64,000 nucleotides of DNA, from assembly GCA_016776605.1 (NCBI GenBank), contig JADHTB010000002.1, positions 130,842 to 194,841 on the forward strand, written 5' to 3'. Every line of letters starts with the position of its first letter. Within the stretch, counting starts at the first letter, position 1. The DNA is from Alphaproteobacteria bacterium. GTDB lineage: Bacteria; Pseudomonadota; Alphaproteobacteria; GCA-2731375. Positions 40,975-50,428 of the stretch are shown piece by piece. The notes below the pieces were generated by a model. It saw only the letters and a program-made list of their open reading frames with translations. It did not search any database and was not told the DNA's origin. A program made the position numbers and the translations under genes.

Positions 40975-41508
40975 TTATCGGCCGGCCGCCGTGTCCTCTT
41001 CGCGCAAGGTGATGTCCACCATCATGGCCCCGGCCAGGGCTTCCAGGGCATCGCGCAGGCTGTTCTCGCTCAGGCCGGGCGGTACGCGCACCTTGGCCTG
41101 GGTTTCGAACAACATATCGCCGCCCATGGGTGCGTGGCGGATACTGGTCTCCATCTCCTCGACACTGACGCCATGTTCCGACAGGCAGCGCGAGACATCA
41201 TGCACGATACCCGGTTGATCGGGCCCCAGCAGTTCAAGACTGTATAGCGGCCCCGCACTTGCCGCATCAGCCGCGGCTTCCTCCATGGTCAGGGTAAATC
41301 CCGCCGCCTCCAGCGCCGCCAACGCGGCTTTTAAGGTGCTAACTTTCTCGTCGGCGATTTCCACCCTGGCGATGCCCGCGAATTTTTCCGCCAGCCGCGC
41401 CATGCGGCTTTCCAGCCAGTTGCCGCCCGCCGCGCTGACCGCCTCCGACAATTGCTCGACCAGCCCCGGCCGATCCTGCGCAATGAAGGTCAATACCAGC
41501 GTTTTCAT
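40975..41508 (-). CDS. GcvR-like tandem ACT domain protein
   Basis: DRPGLV...GGNWLESRM and GPDQPGIV. Confidence 0.85.
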   Translation of the reverse strand: MKTLVLTFIAQDRPGLVEQLSEAVSAAGGNWLESRMARLAEKFAGIARVEIADEKVSTLKAALAALEAAGFTLTMEEAAADAASAGPLYSLELLGPDQPGIVHDVSRCLSEHGVSVEEMETSIRHAPMGGDMLFETQAKVRVPPGLSENSLRDALEALAGAMMVDITLREEDTAAGR

Positions 41509-41524
41509 GCTTCACCCATGCCGA

Positions 41525-41746
41525 CTATCCCTCCGGGTCCAGGTCGAGGTCGTCGCGCTGTCTTTGATCCAACATCAGGACCATCAGCGCCAACGAAGCC
41601 ATGTCCACATTCGACCAGCCGGCGGTGACGCTACCATCTTTCCACAGCACGGACAGCGCGACAGCTTGAATTTCGCCAATATTCTCCAGCCCGCTCTGAA
41701 ATATCTCCGCCGGCGTGGTGCCGTGCAGGCTCTCAACCTTCGCCAT
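41525..41746 (-). CDS. Small hypothetical protein
   Basis: GGAGAG RBS before MAKVESLHG; codirectional with neighbours. Confidence 0.55.
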   Translation of the reverse strand: MAKVESLHGTTPAEIFQSGLENIGEIQAVALSVLWKDGSVTAGWSNVDMASLALMVLMLDQRQRDDLDLDPEG

Positions 41747-41845
41747 TGCTCTCTCCCCGTCCAATTGTCGCGTGATTTTGATATGGGGCACCAGGGCAGG
41801 GATTAACACCGCCGAGCGCCCATTTACAATCGGCAAACCCTGTTA

Positions 41846-42628
41846 TCATTTCTGGAACTTCGGCGCGGTGGCGCTGTCGCCGCCGTCCACGGCGATGCGT
41901 TGGCCGTTGACGTAGCTGTTCAGGTCCGAGACCAGGTAGCGTACCGCGTTGGCGATGTCGTCGGGCTGGCAGACGTGGCCGAAAGGCATATGGGCGTCCA
42001 GCTCGCGCAGGTCCTCGATGCCCGAGCGGGCCTTGACCAGACGGCGGCCCATGTCGGTCTCGACCAGGGGCGGGGCGACGATATTGGTGCGGATATTGTG
42101 GCGTTGTTCCTCCTTGGCCAAGGTCCAGGCCAGGGCCTCCATGGCCGCCTTGCCCATGCTGTAGGGGCTGCCGAAGGCGGCATGGGAGTCCGTCGCGACC
42201 GAGGAAATCATCACAATGTCACCGCGGCTCAGTTGGCGCATCATGGGCAGCACCAGTTTGGACAGATAATAGGGGCCAAAGGCGTGTACGCGGACCACCC
42301 GCTCCATCTCGGCCGGGTCGGTATCGGCCACCGATTGGCCCCGGCTGGCAATGCCCGCGTTGTTGACCAGAATGCCGATCTGGCCCATTTCGGTGCCGAT
42401 TTCGGCTACCATTGCCGTGACTTCGTCCAGACTATCAACAGAGGCCTTGTAGGCGACCGCCTTGCGGCCCAGGGCCTGGATTTCCGCAACCACCGCCGCC
42501 GCCGACCCATCGTCGCGGCGGTAATTGACGGCGATATCGGCGCCATCCTTGGCCAGGGCCACGGCAATGGCGCGGCCGATGCCACGGCCGGCGCCGGTTA
42601 CCAGGGCGATACGTCCATCCAATGACAT
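41846..42628 (-). CDS. SDR oxidoreductase (FabG-like)
   Basis: TGAGRGIG, NNAG and YSMGK. Confidence 0.9.
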   Translation of the reverse strand: MSLDGRIALVTGAGRGIGRAIAVALAKDGADIAVNYRRDDGSAAAVVAEIQALGRKAVAYKASVDSLDEVTAMVAEIGTEMGQIGILVNNAGIASRGQSVADTDPAEMERVVRVHAFGPYYLSKLVLPMMRQLSRGDIVMISSVATDSHAAFGSPYSMGKAAMEALAWTLAKEEQRHNIRTNIVAPPLVETDMGRRLVKARSGIEDLRELDAHMPFGHVCQPDDIANAVRYLVSDLNSYVNGQRIAVDGGDSATAPKFQK

Positions 42629-42637
42629 GTTGGTCTC

Positions 42638-44224
42638 CTAAATCGGCGAAATGGGCCTGATACGCGGCGGGTTCTTATCGGGACGGCGGGCTGGGCAGCG
42701 GTCGAAGGTATCGCAGAGGATCTGCCGGGTCTGGCGGGGGTCGATCACCTCGTCAATGCCAAAGGCTTCCGCCGCGCGGCGGGCGCCCAACTGGCTTTTG
42801 AAAATATCGATAATCTCCTGCCGCCGGGCGGCGGGGTCCGTTGCCGCCTCGTAGTCCCGGCGATAGACTACATCGACCGAGCCTTCCACGGACATGGCGC
42901 AGATTTCCGCCGTTGGCCAGGCAAAGGCGCCATCGGCCTCGAAACCACGACCGCCACCCATGGCGTAATAGCCGCCGCCATAGCCCTTGCGCAGGACGAT
43001 GGAGACGCGGGGCACGCTGGCCTGGCCCAGTTCGAACAGCAGCCGGCCGGAACGCCGGCCCAGGCCGGATTTCTCGGCTTCCGAGCCGATGGCGAAGCCG
43101 GGCACATCAATCAGGATGACGATGGGCAGGCCGTAGGCATCGCAGAGTGCAATGAAATGCGCGGCTTTCTCGCATGCCTTTACATCCAGCATGCCGGCCA
43201 GATGGCGGGGCTGATTGGCGACAAAGCCCACGGGGCGGCCGTTCAGGCGGGCGAAAGACGTCACCATGTTGCGGGCATAGGTGGGCTTTTTCTCGAACAC
43301 GCTGCCTTTGTCGGCGACCAGCTCGATGATCCGGCGCACGTCATAGGCCTTGCGCGGGCTTTCCGGAATGATCTCCAACAATTCCTGCTCGGTCCGGTCG
43401 ACCGGATCGTCGGTTGGCAGCAGGGGCGGCGGCTGTTGGGCGTTGGCGGGCAGGTAGGAGAGAAAACGGCGCACCGCGGCAAAGGCCTGATCCTCATCAT
43501 CCACGGCCAGGTCGGAGATGCCATGGCGGTCGGTTTGTATGCTGGCGCCGCCCAGGGCCTCCTTGTCGATATCCTCGCCCAGACCTGCCTTGACCAGGGC
43601 CGGGCCGGCCATGCCCATGGTGGAGCCGCCGCGCACCATGACCACGAAATCGGCCAGGGCGGCATAATTGGTCGGTCCGGCAAAGCCCTGGCCCAGCATG
43701 GCCATGGCCATGGGCACCCAGCCGGAATTCCGCGCCAGCAGTTGAAAGACCGGGCCGGCGCCCGCGAAATGGCGGGAATCCTGGCCGTCCTGAATGCGGT
43801 GACCACCGCCTTCCAACAGCGCCACCAGGGGCAGGCCATGTTCGGTGGCCCGAAGAATGGCGCGGTTGGTCTTGGAGGAGCCGTGCTTGCCCGTACTGCC
43901 CCCCAACACCGTGTAATCATGCGACATGATGGAGACGGGCCGGCCGTCGAGCAGGCCGCTGCCGGTGACCACGCCGTCCGCGGGCGCTACCAGATCAGCG
44001 TTGAAGCCGGTATCGCGCAGGGGTTCAACCAGGCTGCCCATTTCGCGGAAGCTGTCCGTATCGCAGATCCGCGCGATGCGCTCCCGCGCCGTGTATTTAC
44101 CGTGCTTGTGCTGCCGGGCCACCGCATCCGGGCGGCCCTCGTCCAAAATGGCCCGGCGCGCGTCCTCGATTATGCGCAGCTTTGCCTGTCCGCTTTCCCC
44201 GCCGTCCGCCTCATCGGTGCTCAT
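42638..44224 (-). CDS. Acyl-CoA carboxylase carboxyltransferase subunit (PccB-like)
   Basis: GKYTARERI, DYTVLGGS, GGGHRIQDG, DVPGF and RKGYGG; start MSTDEAD. Confidence 0.88.
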   Translation of the reverse strand: MSTDEADGGESGQAKLRIIEDARRAILDEGRPDAVARQHKHGKYTARERIARICDTDSFREMGSLVEPLRDTGFNADLVAPADGVVTGSGLLDGRPVSIMSHDYTVLGGSTGKHGSSKTNRAILRATEHGLPLVALLEGGGHRIQDGQDSRHFAGAGPVFQLLARNSGWVPMAMAMLGQGFAGPTNYAALADFVVMVRGGSTMGMAGPALVKAGLGEDIDKEALGGASIQTDRHGISDLAVDDEDQAFAAVRRFLSYLPANAQQPPPLLPTDDPVDRTEQELLEIIPESPRKAYDVRRIIELVADKGSVFEKKPTYARNMVTSFARLNGRPVGFVANQPRHLAGMLDVKACEKAAHFIALCDAYGLPIVILIDVPGFAIGSEAEKSGLGRRSGRLLFELGQASVPRVSIVLRKGYGGGYYAMGGGRGFEADGAFAWPTAEICAMSVEGSVDVVYRRDYEAATDPAARRQEIIDIFKSQLGARRAAEAFGIDEVIDPRQTRQILCDTFDRCPARRPDKNPPRIRPISPI

Positions 44225-44226
44225 GG

Positions 44227-45393
44227 CTATTCCTGATAAGGCTCCGTCTGTACGACGGCGCCGGAGGCCAGCAGGGTCGCGATCTCGTCTTCCGAGAAGC
44301 CCCATTCGGCCAGGCCTTCCGTGGTGTTCTGGCCCAGGACAGGCGCCGGGCCGCCGGCCTTCGCCTGGGTGCGGGAGAATTTCGGCGCCGGCCCCGGCTG
44401 GGTCACGCCGGCAATTTCCACGAAGCTGTCGCGGGCGACGTTTTGCGGATGGCTGGGGGCTTCGCTCATGGACAGCACCGGGGCGAAACAGATGTCGGAG
44501 CCTTCCATGATCTGGCACCATTCCGCACGGCTTTTGGTTTTGAAGACCGCGCGGTAGGTTTCGATCACAGCGGGCCAACTGTCCCGGTCCATTTGCGGCG
44601 GCAGGTCCATTTTGTCCATGCCGGTTTTTTCCAGCAGTTCAGCATAGAATTTCGGCTCGATCGAGCCAATGGAGACCCAATTGCCGTCGGCGCATTCGTA
44701 GGTGCCATAGAACGGCGCGCCGGTATCCAGGATGTTGGTGCCGCGTTCGTCCGACCAAAAGCCCGAGCCATGCATGCCATAGATCGGCAGCATCAGATAG
44801 GCGGAGCCTTCCAGCATGGAGGTATCCACCACCTGACCCTTGCCCGAGCGTTGCGACTCCCACAACGCGGCCATTACGCCGAAGGCCAGGAACATGGCGC
44901 CACCGCCGAAATCACCGGTCAAATTCAATGGCGGAATCGGTCCGCTGTCCTTGTTGCCTACGGAATAGAGCACGCCGGATAGGGCGATATAGTTGATATC
45001 GTGGCCAGCGGCGTGGCTGATTGGGCCATCCTGACCCCAACCCGTCATGCGGCCATAGACCAGTTTTTCGTTGCGGGCCAGACAGATATCCGGGCCCAGG
45101 CCCAGACGTTCGGCCACGCCGGGGCGGAACCCTTCGACCAGGGCATCGGCGCTTTCCACCAGACGCAGGACGGCTTCGACGCCGTCGGGGTTTTTCAGAT
45201 CGACGGAAATGGATTTGCGGCCCCGGCCCAATACATCGAAGGCTGGATTCTTGCCCGAAATACCTAGACCAGACGGCGCCGTGCGGTCCACCCGGATAAC
45301 CTGCGCGCCCATATCCGCAAGCAAGGTGGAGCAAAACGGTACCGGCCCAATGCCGGCCAATTCAACGATCTTCATTCCCGCCAACGGTCCCAT
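44227..45393 (-). CDS. CaiB/BaiF CoA-transferase / alpha-methylacyl-CoA racemase family
   Basis: [28 protein letters not shown] and DFGGG. Confidence 0.92.
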   Translation of the reverse strand: MGPLAGMKIVELAGIGPVPFCSTLLADMGAQVIRVDRTAPSGLGISGKNPAFDVLGRGRKSISVDLKNPDGVEAVLRLVESADALVEGFRPGVAERLGLGPDICLARNEKLVYGRMTGWGQDGPISHAAGHDINYIALSGVLYSVGNKDSGPIPPLNLTGDFGGGAMFLAFGVMAALWESQRSGKGQVVDTSMLEGSAYLMLPIYGMHGSGFWSDERGTNILDTGAPFYGTYECADGNWVSIGSIEPKFYAELLEKTGMDKMDLPPQMDRDSWPAVIETYRAVFKTKSRAEWCQIMEGSDICFAPVLSMSEAPSHPQNVARDSFVEIAGVTQPGPAPKFSRTQAKAGGPAPVLGQNTTEGLAEWGFSEDEIATLLASGAVVQTEPYQE

Positions 45394-45471
45394 GACGTCT
45401 CTCCCTTTATCTGTTACCCGATGTACCTGTTCGGATGACAATAGCGGAAGCGGACGGCGCGGCAAATCCCC

Positions 45472-45575
45472 CTGAGCGCATTCGAAGAAAATGCGCTCAG
45501 ACTCTTAAAAATAGAGAAATTGAACCAATCACTTAAGTCGCAAGAGCGACTCCAATTAATTGAAAATTGCTCTAG
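45472..45575. repeat. ~105-bp palindromic repeat, copy 3
   Basis: Very similar to 20273-20377; ends GCTCTAG. Confidence 0.88.
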
Positions 45576-45602
45576 TAGATTGTTGGGGACACTTGGGGTG
45601 CC

Positions 45603-46076
45603 TTACCGGCCCTTCGTGCCGATGCGCCGTGGCGGGGCGCCGTTTAGGTCTTTCAGCAAATAGGCGGGTGCTGCCACGTCATGATTGCAGCGCCGCAGCA
45701 CCCTGACCATGGCCCAGGCGCATGGCCGCATGGCGGCGGGCGTCAGCGCCAGCAAGGCGCGGTCCAGCCGACCGGGGAAACCGCCCCTGTCCAACGATGG
45801 CTCCGGCCCCAGAAAAATAACCAGATGATGGCCCGGTGCCGGGACGCGCAACATGGCGCAAGGGCCGGCGGCCTGCTCCAACAGGGGCAGGATCGTATGG
45901 TTTGGCAGACCGCCAAATTCGACCAGATACAGCGTCAATGAAATCTTCACCGCGCCCAGACGGAGAAGCAGCGCCTGCAATTCATCCAGTAGCTGGCCGT
46001 CCATGCCGACAGCCGAATTTGTTGCACTGATCGCGCCGGCGTCTTGCCGGATCATTTGCGGGCGGGGTTGGTCCAT
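45603..46076 (-). CDS. Hypothetical protein
   Basis: Longest ORF in the gap; no recognised motif; start uncertain. Confidence 0.45.
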   Translation of the reverse strand: MDQPRPQMIRQDAGAISATNSAVGMDGQLLDELQALLLRLGAVKISLTLYLVEFGGLPNHTILPLLEQAAGPCAMLRVPAPGHHLVIFLGPEPSLDRGGFPGRLDRALLALTPAAMRPCAWAMVRVLRRCNHDVAAPAYLLKDLNGAPPRRIGTKGR

Positions 46077-46336
46077 CTGTCCGCCATCCAATGGGTTCCC
46101 AACGGGGTTGCCTGGGTAACGGTGCCGACTGTGGTGATGCCTGATCTGTTTCAAAATTTGCCCTCGGTAATTTCATCGGCGCAGGATCTATTAGGCCGGA
46201 CAAACAGAGGCATTGGGTGGGCAATATTGTGACAATTTCAGGGCATGTTTTGCCCCGGTTAGGATGCAAAAAATAGCCAACGATCTTATATAACGAGTAG
46301 GCGTAATTTGCATGACGCAGGTAAGAGGAGGCTCGT

Positions 46337-46735
46337 ATGGAACTGGTTGGTGTGTCTGAAATAATCGCCCGGCTGCTGGGACCGGTCTATCTCATTGTTT
46401 CTCTTGGTTTGCTGATAAACCCGGAGGCTTACCGCAAGATGACGGTTCATTTTTTTGAACAGCCGGCCTTGAGTTATCTGGCCGGTCTGCTGGCGCTTGC
46501 CGTAGGGGTGGCAATCCTGACGTTTCATTTCGTCTGGCGCGCCGAGTGGTTTTTGCTGGTAACCATCATTGGCTGCCTGGGGGTGGTGAAAGGGGCGGCG
46601 TTGATTATCGCGCCGGGCTGGTTGCTTCGCATCTGGGAACCACTGCTGGGCAAACCCGGTGTCATTCGCGCCGGCGGCTTGGGCGGGCTCGTCATGGGGC
46701 TGTTCCTGACAGGCAAGGGGTATGGCCTGATTTAG
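46337..46735 (+). CDS. Small integral membrane protein (4 TM)
   Basis: Strong GAGGAGG RBS; four hydrophobic segments. Confidence 0.7.
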   Translation: MELVGVSEIIARLLGPVYLIVSLGLLINPEAYRKMTVHFFEQPALSYLAGLLALAVGVAILTFHFVWRAEWFLLVTIIGCLGVVKGAALIIAPGWLLRIWEPLLGKPGVIRAGGLGGLVMGLFLTGKGYGLI

Positions 46736-46748
46736 GGGTTGCCCTCCC

Positions 46749-47117
46749 TTAGACCCCTTTTCCCCTCTCAGCCGGCCCGTCGGTTTCGCGGCCGCTCCGC
46801 CAGCGATAGCCAAAGCGGGGGTAATTTTCGATGGCGTTGAAATTGGGATCGATGTCGCGGAATTTGCGCCGGATGCGTTTGATGAAGGCGCGGACGTTGG
46901 TTTGATAGCCGTCAGTACCGGTGCCGGCGGAAAAGCCGGAGCCCCGCACCAGATCATATAGACAGCGGTATTGCAGATCGCGCCCCGGCCGCTGGGCGAG
47001 GTGTTCGACGATCGCATATTCACGCAGGGTCAACGAGACCTCATGGCCGTGCCAACTGGCCCGGTGTTGATCGGGATACAGTTGTAGCGGCCCGCCGCGC
47101 TGGTCGTCATCGTGCAT
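46749..47117 (-). CDS. Stand-alone OmpR/ChvI-type winged-helix DNA-binding domain
   Basis: W.G..VSLT..EY, NVRAFIKRIRRKFR..DP.F.AIENY..FGYRW; no receiver domain in frame. Confidence 0.75.
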   Translation of the reverse strand: MHDDDQRGGPLQLYPDQHRASWHGHEVSLTLREYAIVEHLAQRPGRDLQYRCLYDLVRGSGFSAGTGTDGYQTNVRAFIKRIRRKFRDIDPNFNAIENYPRFGYRWRSGRETDGPAERGKGV

Positions 47118-47323
47118 GCATTTACCCTCGGAGAGCGGGGGAAGACGGTCTGCTCTCTAATCCACGTGGCCGGCGCTTCTGCAGTCGGGTGTTCCACTAT
47201 TTCGACGATCCGGCGTTTTTCGCGAATCGAAGCTCGTGCGGTCATTATTTTTGGACAAACCTTAACAAATCCTTGCGATCAAATCGGTGGAGACCTATGC
47301 AGAGCCGATAGGAGATAAGAACC

Positions 47324-47665
47324 ATGCCGCCAAAACACAATCCCCTGCGTCTGAACAAGTTGCAGTTGAAGACCCTGACGCTATTCCAGGAATTGGCCCG
47401 CTCGTCCGAGACATCGTCGGGCCGCGAGGACGGTGGCTTCCTCATCACCTCTATTCCGCAACCCCATGGTAACCACTTTCATCTGGGGGCCGGCGTGGTG
47501 ATGGCGGCGGACGCCTCGGGATTGGGGAACCAAAGCGTCTGGCGCGCCTTGGAGCGCAAGGCATTGATTACCAGCAGCTTTCCCATGGGTTTGGTTCTGA
47601 CCCCCGCCGGCAACGCCTATGATACCGGCCTGCGGGAAGGACTTCTGCACATCGCGGATCACTAG
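47324..47665 (+). CDS. Hypothetical protein
   Basis: AGGAG RBS; globular-looking 113 aa (NPLRLNKLQLKTL, PHGNHFH). Confidence 0.65.
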   Translation: MPPKHNPLRLNKLQLKTLTLFQELARSSETSSGREDGGFLITSIPQPHGNHFHLGAGVVMAADASGLGNQSVWRALERKALITSSFPMGLVLTPAGNAYDTGLREGLLHIADH

Positions 47666-47689
47666 CCGCCAATCAAAAGGCCGGATCGC

Positions 47690-48112
47690 TCAATTTATGC
47701 CGTTGGCCCGTTGCACTTCACGGACAAATTGAATGATGGCCTGGATTTCCATGCGTCTGACCTGGGGTTGGGGCGGCATGTCGCCATAGGGCCAGTGGTG
47801 TTGCCGGGTACCGGCGGTCGCGGCGCGGAGGAACGCGTCGTCGCCATGATGGCTGGGTTCGTAAATCCGGTGGATCAACGGTGGGCCCTTGTCGGTACCG
47901 TCGGCCTGGGCGCCATGGCATTGCGCGCAATTCTTTCCGAACGAACGCTGCCCAGCCTGCCCCATGGTGGATAGTTTTGGCATCTGTACTTGAACCGCTT
48001 CGGCGTGAGCTGCCTGGCCGGCATACCAGATCGCCGCAAGAAATAGCCCCACTGCGATCAGCAGGGCGAAGGCCGGACCTGTTGATGTGCCGGGTCTGAT
48101 TTGGGATGGCAT
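47690..48112 (-). CDS. Exported monoheme cytochrome c
   Basis: Signal/TM segment, CAQCH, and HHWPYGDMP with a putative Met ligand. Confidence 0.88.
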   Translation of the reverse strand: MPSQIRPGTSTGPAFALLIAVGLFLAAIWYAGQAAHAEAVQVQMPKLSTMGQAGQRSFGKNCAQCHGAQADGTDKGPPLIHRIYEPSHHGDDAFLRAATAGTRQHHWPYGDMPPQPQVRRMEIQAIIQFVREVQRANGIN

Positions 48113-48175
48113 GGCAGGCTACACTCTTCAGTTTTGGTTTAAAGGCAAAGGTCCGGGGTCATGGTCAAAGCAATT

Positions 48176-48196
48176 CTAATGATATAACATAACATT
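48176..48196. promoter_or_regulatory. Putative Zur box
   Basis: aatGATATAACATAACatt resembles the GTTATA-N-TATAAC-type Zur operator and lies directly before znuC. Confidence 0.7.
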
Positions 48197-49012
48197 ATGA
48201 ATTTGCATACGCAGTCAAATGATATGGTGGGCCGGTCACAAGATCAGGCCACGCTGGTCACCGCGACGGGGGTGGCGATGTCTTACGCCGGGCGCCAGGC
48301 TCTATCAGGTGTGGATCTGGAGGTGAATCGCGGCGAAATCGTCACCCTGATTGGCCTGAACGGTTCGGGCAAATCCACCCTGGCCCGCATTCTGCTGGGC
48401 CTGTTGCAGCCAACTGCCGGACAGGTCTGGCGGGCGGCCCGGTTGCGTCATGGATATGTGCCGCAGACTTTAAGCATCGATCCCGCCATGCCTTTGACGG
48501 TGCGCCGCTTTATGACCCTGGGGGGCAAGGTGGCCGATGACCTGCTGGCCGCTACCTTGGCCGAGGTTGGGCTGTCAGGCCGGTTGGGGGCCCAGGTGGC
48601 CGAATTATCGGGCGGCGAACTGCACCGGGTCATGCTGGCGCGAGCCTTGTTGCGCCGGCCGGATTTTCTGGTTCTGGACGAACCCATGAGCGGCGTCGAT
48701 GTGGCCGGGCAGGGGCAGCTGTATCAATTAATCGCGGCCATTAGAGACACTTACAATTGCGGGGTGTTGTTGATTTCCCATGATCTGCATGTGGTGATGG
48801 CGGCGACCGACAGGGTTATCTGCCTGAACCATCATATTTGCTGCACCGGCCGGCCTGACGCCATTGTCGACGATCCGGAATTTCGGGCCCTGTTTGGGGC
48901 GGCGGTGGCCGACCAACTGGCCCTGTATCACCACCATCACGACCATGCCCACCAACCCGACGGCGGCGTTGTGCCGCTGGATGGCGACCATGCGGGGCAT
49001 GGCCATGATTGA
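48197..49012 (+). CDS. znuC: Zinc ABC transporter ATPase
   Basis: GLNGSGKST, LSGGE, LDEP, SHDLH, CLNHHICC.G.P and a His-rich tail; true start may be further downstream. Confidence 0.9.
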   Translation: MNLHTQSNDMVGRSQDQATLVTATGVAMSYAGRQALSGVDLEVNRGEIVTLIGLNGSGKSTLARILLGLLQPTAGQVWRAARLRHGYVPQTLSIDPAMPLTVRRFMTLGGKVADDLLAATLAEVGLSGRLGAQVAELSGGELHRVMLARALLRRPDFLVLDEPMSGVDVAGQGQLYQLIAAIRDTYNCGVLLISHDLHVVMAATDRVICLNHHICCTGRPDAIVDDPEFRALFGAAVADQLALYHHHHDHAHQPDGGVVPLDGDHAGHGHD

Positions 49013-49835
49013 AGACTTCATGCTGCGGGCTTTACTGGGCGGCCTGGGTGTCGCTGGCGTCGCGGGACCGCTTGGTTGTTTCGTGATTTGGCGGCGGATG
49101 ATCTATTTCGGCGCCGCCCTGGCCCATTCGGCGCTGTTGGGGGTGGCCTTGGGGCTGGCGTTGGGGTTGTCGCCCGATTTGGGTATCGCGGTTTTATGCC
49201 TGTTGATGGCGCTGGGTTTTTTGGCGCTGGACCGCGGTCAGCTGGTCGCGTCCGACACTTTACTGGGTATATTGGCGCATGCCTCCCTGGCGCTGGGCCT
49301 GCTGGCCCTGGCCCTGTTGGAGGGGCTGCGGGTTGATTTGATGAGTTATCTTTTTGGCGATATCCTGGCTTTAAACCTGACCGATCTGGTGGTCATCTAT
49401 AGTCTGATGGCGCTGGTTCTAGGTATTCTTCTGATCTTTTGGCGGCCATTGCTGTCGGCGACCGTGGACGAGGAACTGGCCCGGGTAGAAGGCTTACATA
49501 CGGGCTGGCTGAAATTTCTGTTCACCATATTGATGGCCGTCGTCATCGCGATTGGCATGAAGGTGGTCGGAATTCTGATGGTTATATCACTGCTGATCAT
49601 CCCGGCCGCGACGGCGCGGCGACTGGCGTCGAGCCCGGAAAATATGGCTTTGGCGGCGGCGGCCTGCGGCGCCTTGTCCGTGGTGGCGGGGTTGTTGGGG
49701 TCTTATTGGTGGGATCTGCCATCCGGCGCGGCTATCGTGGCGGCGGCGGCGGCGCTGTTTCTGTTATCCCTGGGTCTGCCTGTGCGGGCACTAAGAGCAA
49801 TTTTTAATTCATCCGAGTCGCCAGCGCGACATTAG
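49005..49835 (+). CDS. znuB: Zinc ABC transporter permease
   Basis: GPLGCFVIWRRM.YFG..LAHS and YLFGDIL. Confidence 0.9.
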   Translation: MIEDFMLRALLGGLGVAGVAGPLGCFVIWRRMIYFGAALAHSALLGVALGLALGLSPDLGIAVLCLLMALGFLALDRGQLVASDTLLGILAHASLALGLLALALLEGLRVDLMSYLFGDILALNLTDLVVIYSLMALVLGILLIFWRPLLSATVDEELARVEGLHTGWLKFLFTILMAVVIAIGMKVVGILMVISLLIIPAATARRLASSPENMALAAAACGALSVVAGLLGSYWWDLPSGAAIVAAAAALFLLSLGLPVRALRAIFNSSESPARH

Positions 49836-49858
49836 GAATTGCTTTAATTCTACTCTGA
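49791..49858. repeat. Degenerate partial copy of the palindromic repeat inside the znuB 3' end
   Basis: agagcaatttt...gtcgc-cagc-gcgac...aattgcttt...tactctga. Confidence 0.55.
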
Positions 49859-49911
49859 AGATGGCGGGCGCATTGTGGAAAATGTGCTCCAGGCGGAGGG
49901 CATGGAGAAAA

Positions 49912-50424
49912 ATGGCGAAGCAGATCGTGGACAATCCATTCGCGCCGCCCGGCCATGACCATGCCAGTTGCATTCTCGCGGCGTTGGATGCGGCCGAGGC
50001 GGCCTGCGCCCGGCGCGGTGAACGCCTGACGCCTCTGCGCCGGCGGGTTCTGGAATTAGTCTGGCGCGGCCACCGGCCCGTGGGCGCCTATGATCTTTTG
50101 GCCCTGCTGCAGGATGAACGGGGCAGGGTGGCGCCACCCACGGTCTATCGGGCTCTGGATTTTCTATGCGGCCAGGGTCTGGTGCATCGCCTGGATTCCC
50201 TGCAGGCGTTTATTGGTTGCGGAAACACTGGTGATGATAGGGGCGGCCGGGTGGACGGTCGCCACGTAGCGCATTTTTTGATCTGCCAGGATTGTGGCGT
50301 TGCCGTCGAGGTGCGGGATGGCCAGTTGGACGGCGCCATCAGCGGTTTGGCCGGGCGTGCCGGATTTGCCATCGCCGACGAGACCATCGAACTCAGCGGT
50401 CTCTGCGCAGCCTGCCGGGATTAG
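49912..50424 (+). CDS. zur: Zinc uptake regulator (Fur family)
   Basis: HDHASC, RLTPLRRRVL, PPTVYRALDFL and two CxxC motifs. Confidence 0.9.
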   Translation: MAKQIVDNPFAPPGHDHASCILAALDAAEAACARRGERLTPLRRRVLELVWRGHRPVGAYDLLALLQDERGRVAPPTVYRALDFLCGQGLVHRLDSLQAFIGCGNTGDDRGGRVDGRHVAHFLICQDCGVAVEVRDGQLDGAISGLAGRAGFAIADETIELSGLCAACRD

Positions 50425-50428
50425 GCTG

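Noticed and set aside
44225..44578. Long N-terminal extension of the 646-aa carboxyltransferase ORF (likewise 6061-6264 for dgt and 12070-12240 for scpB)
   Set aside because: The extensions overlap neighbouring real genes; downstream ATGs fit the family starts better.
46261..46280. Possible sigma54 site on the minus strand (TGGCTATTTTTTGC)
   Set aside because: GG-to-GC spacing is 9 rather than the required 10.
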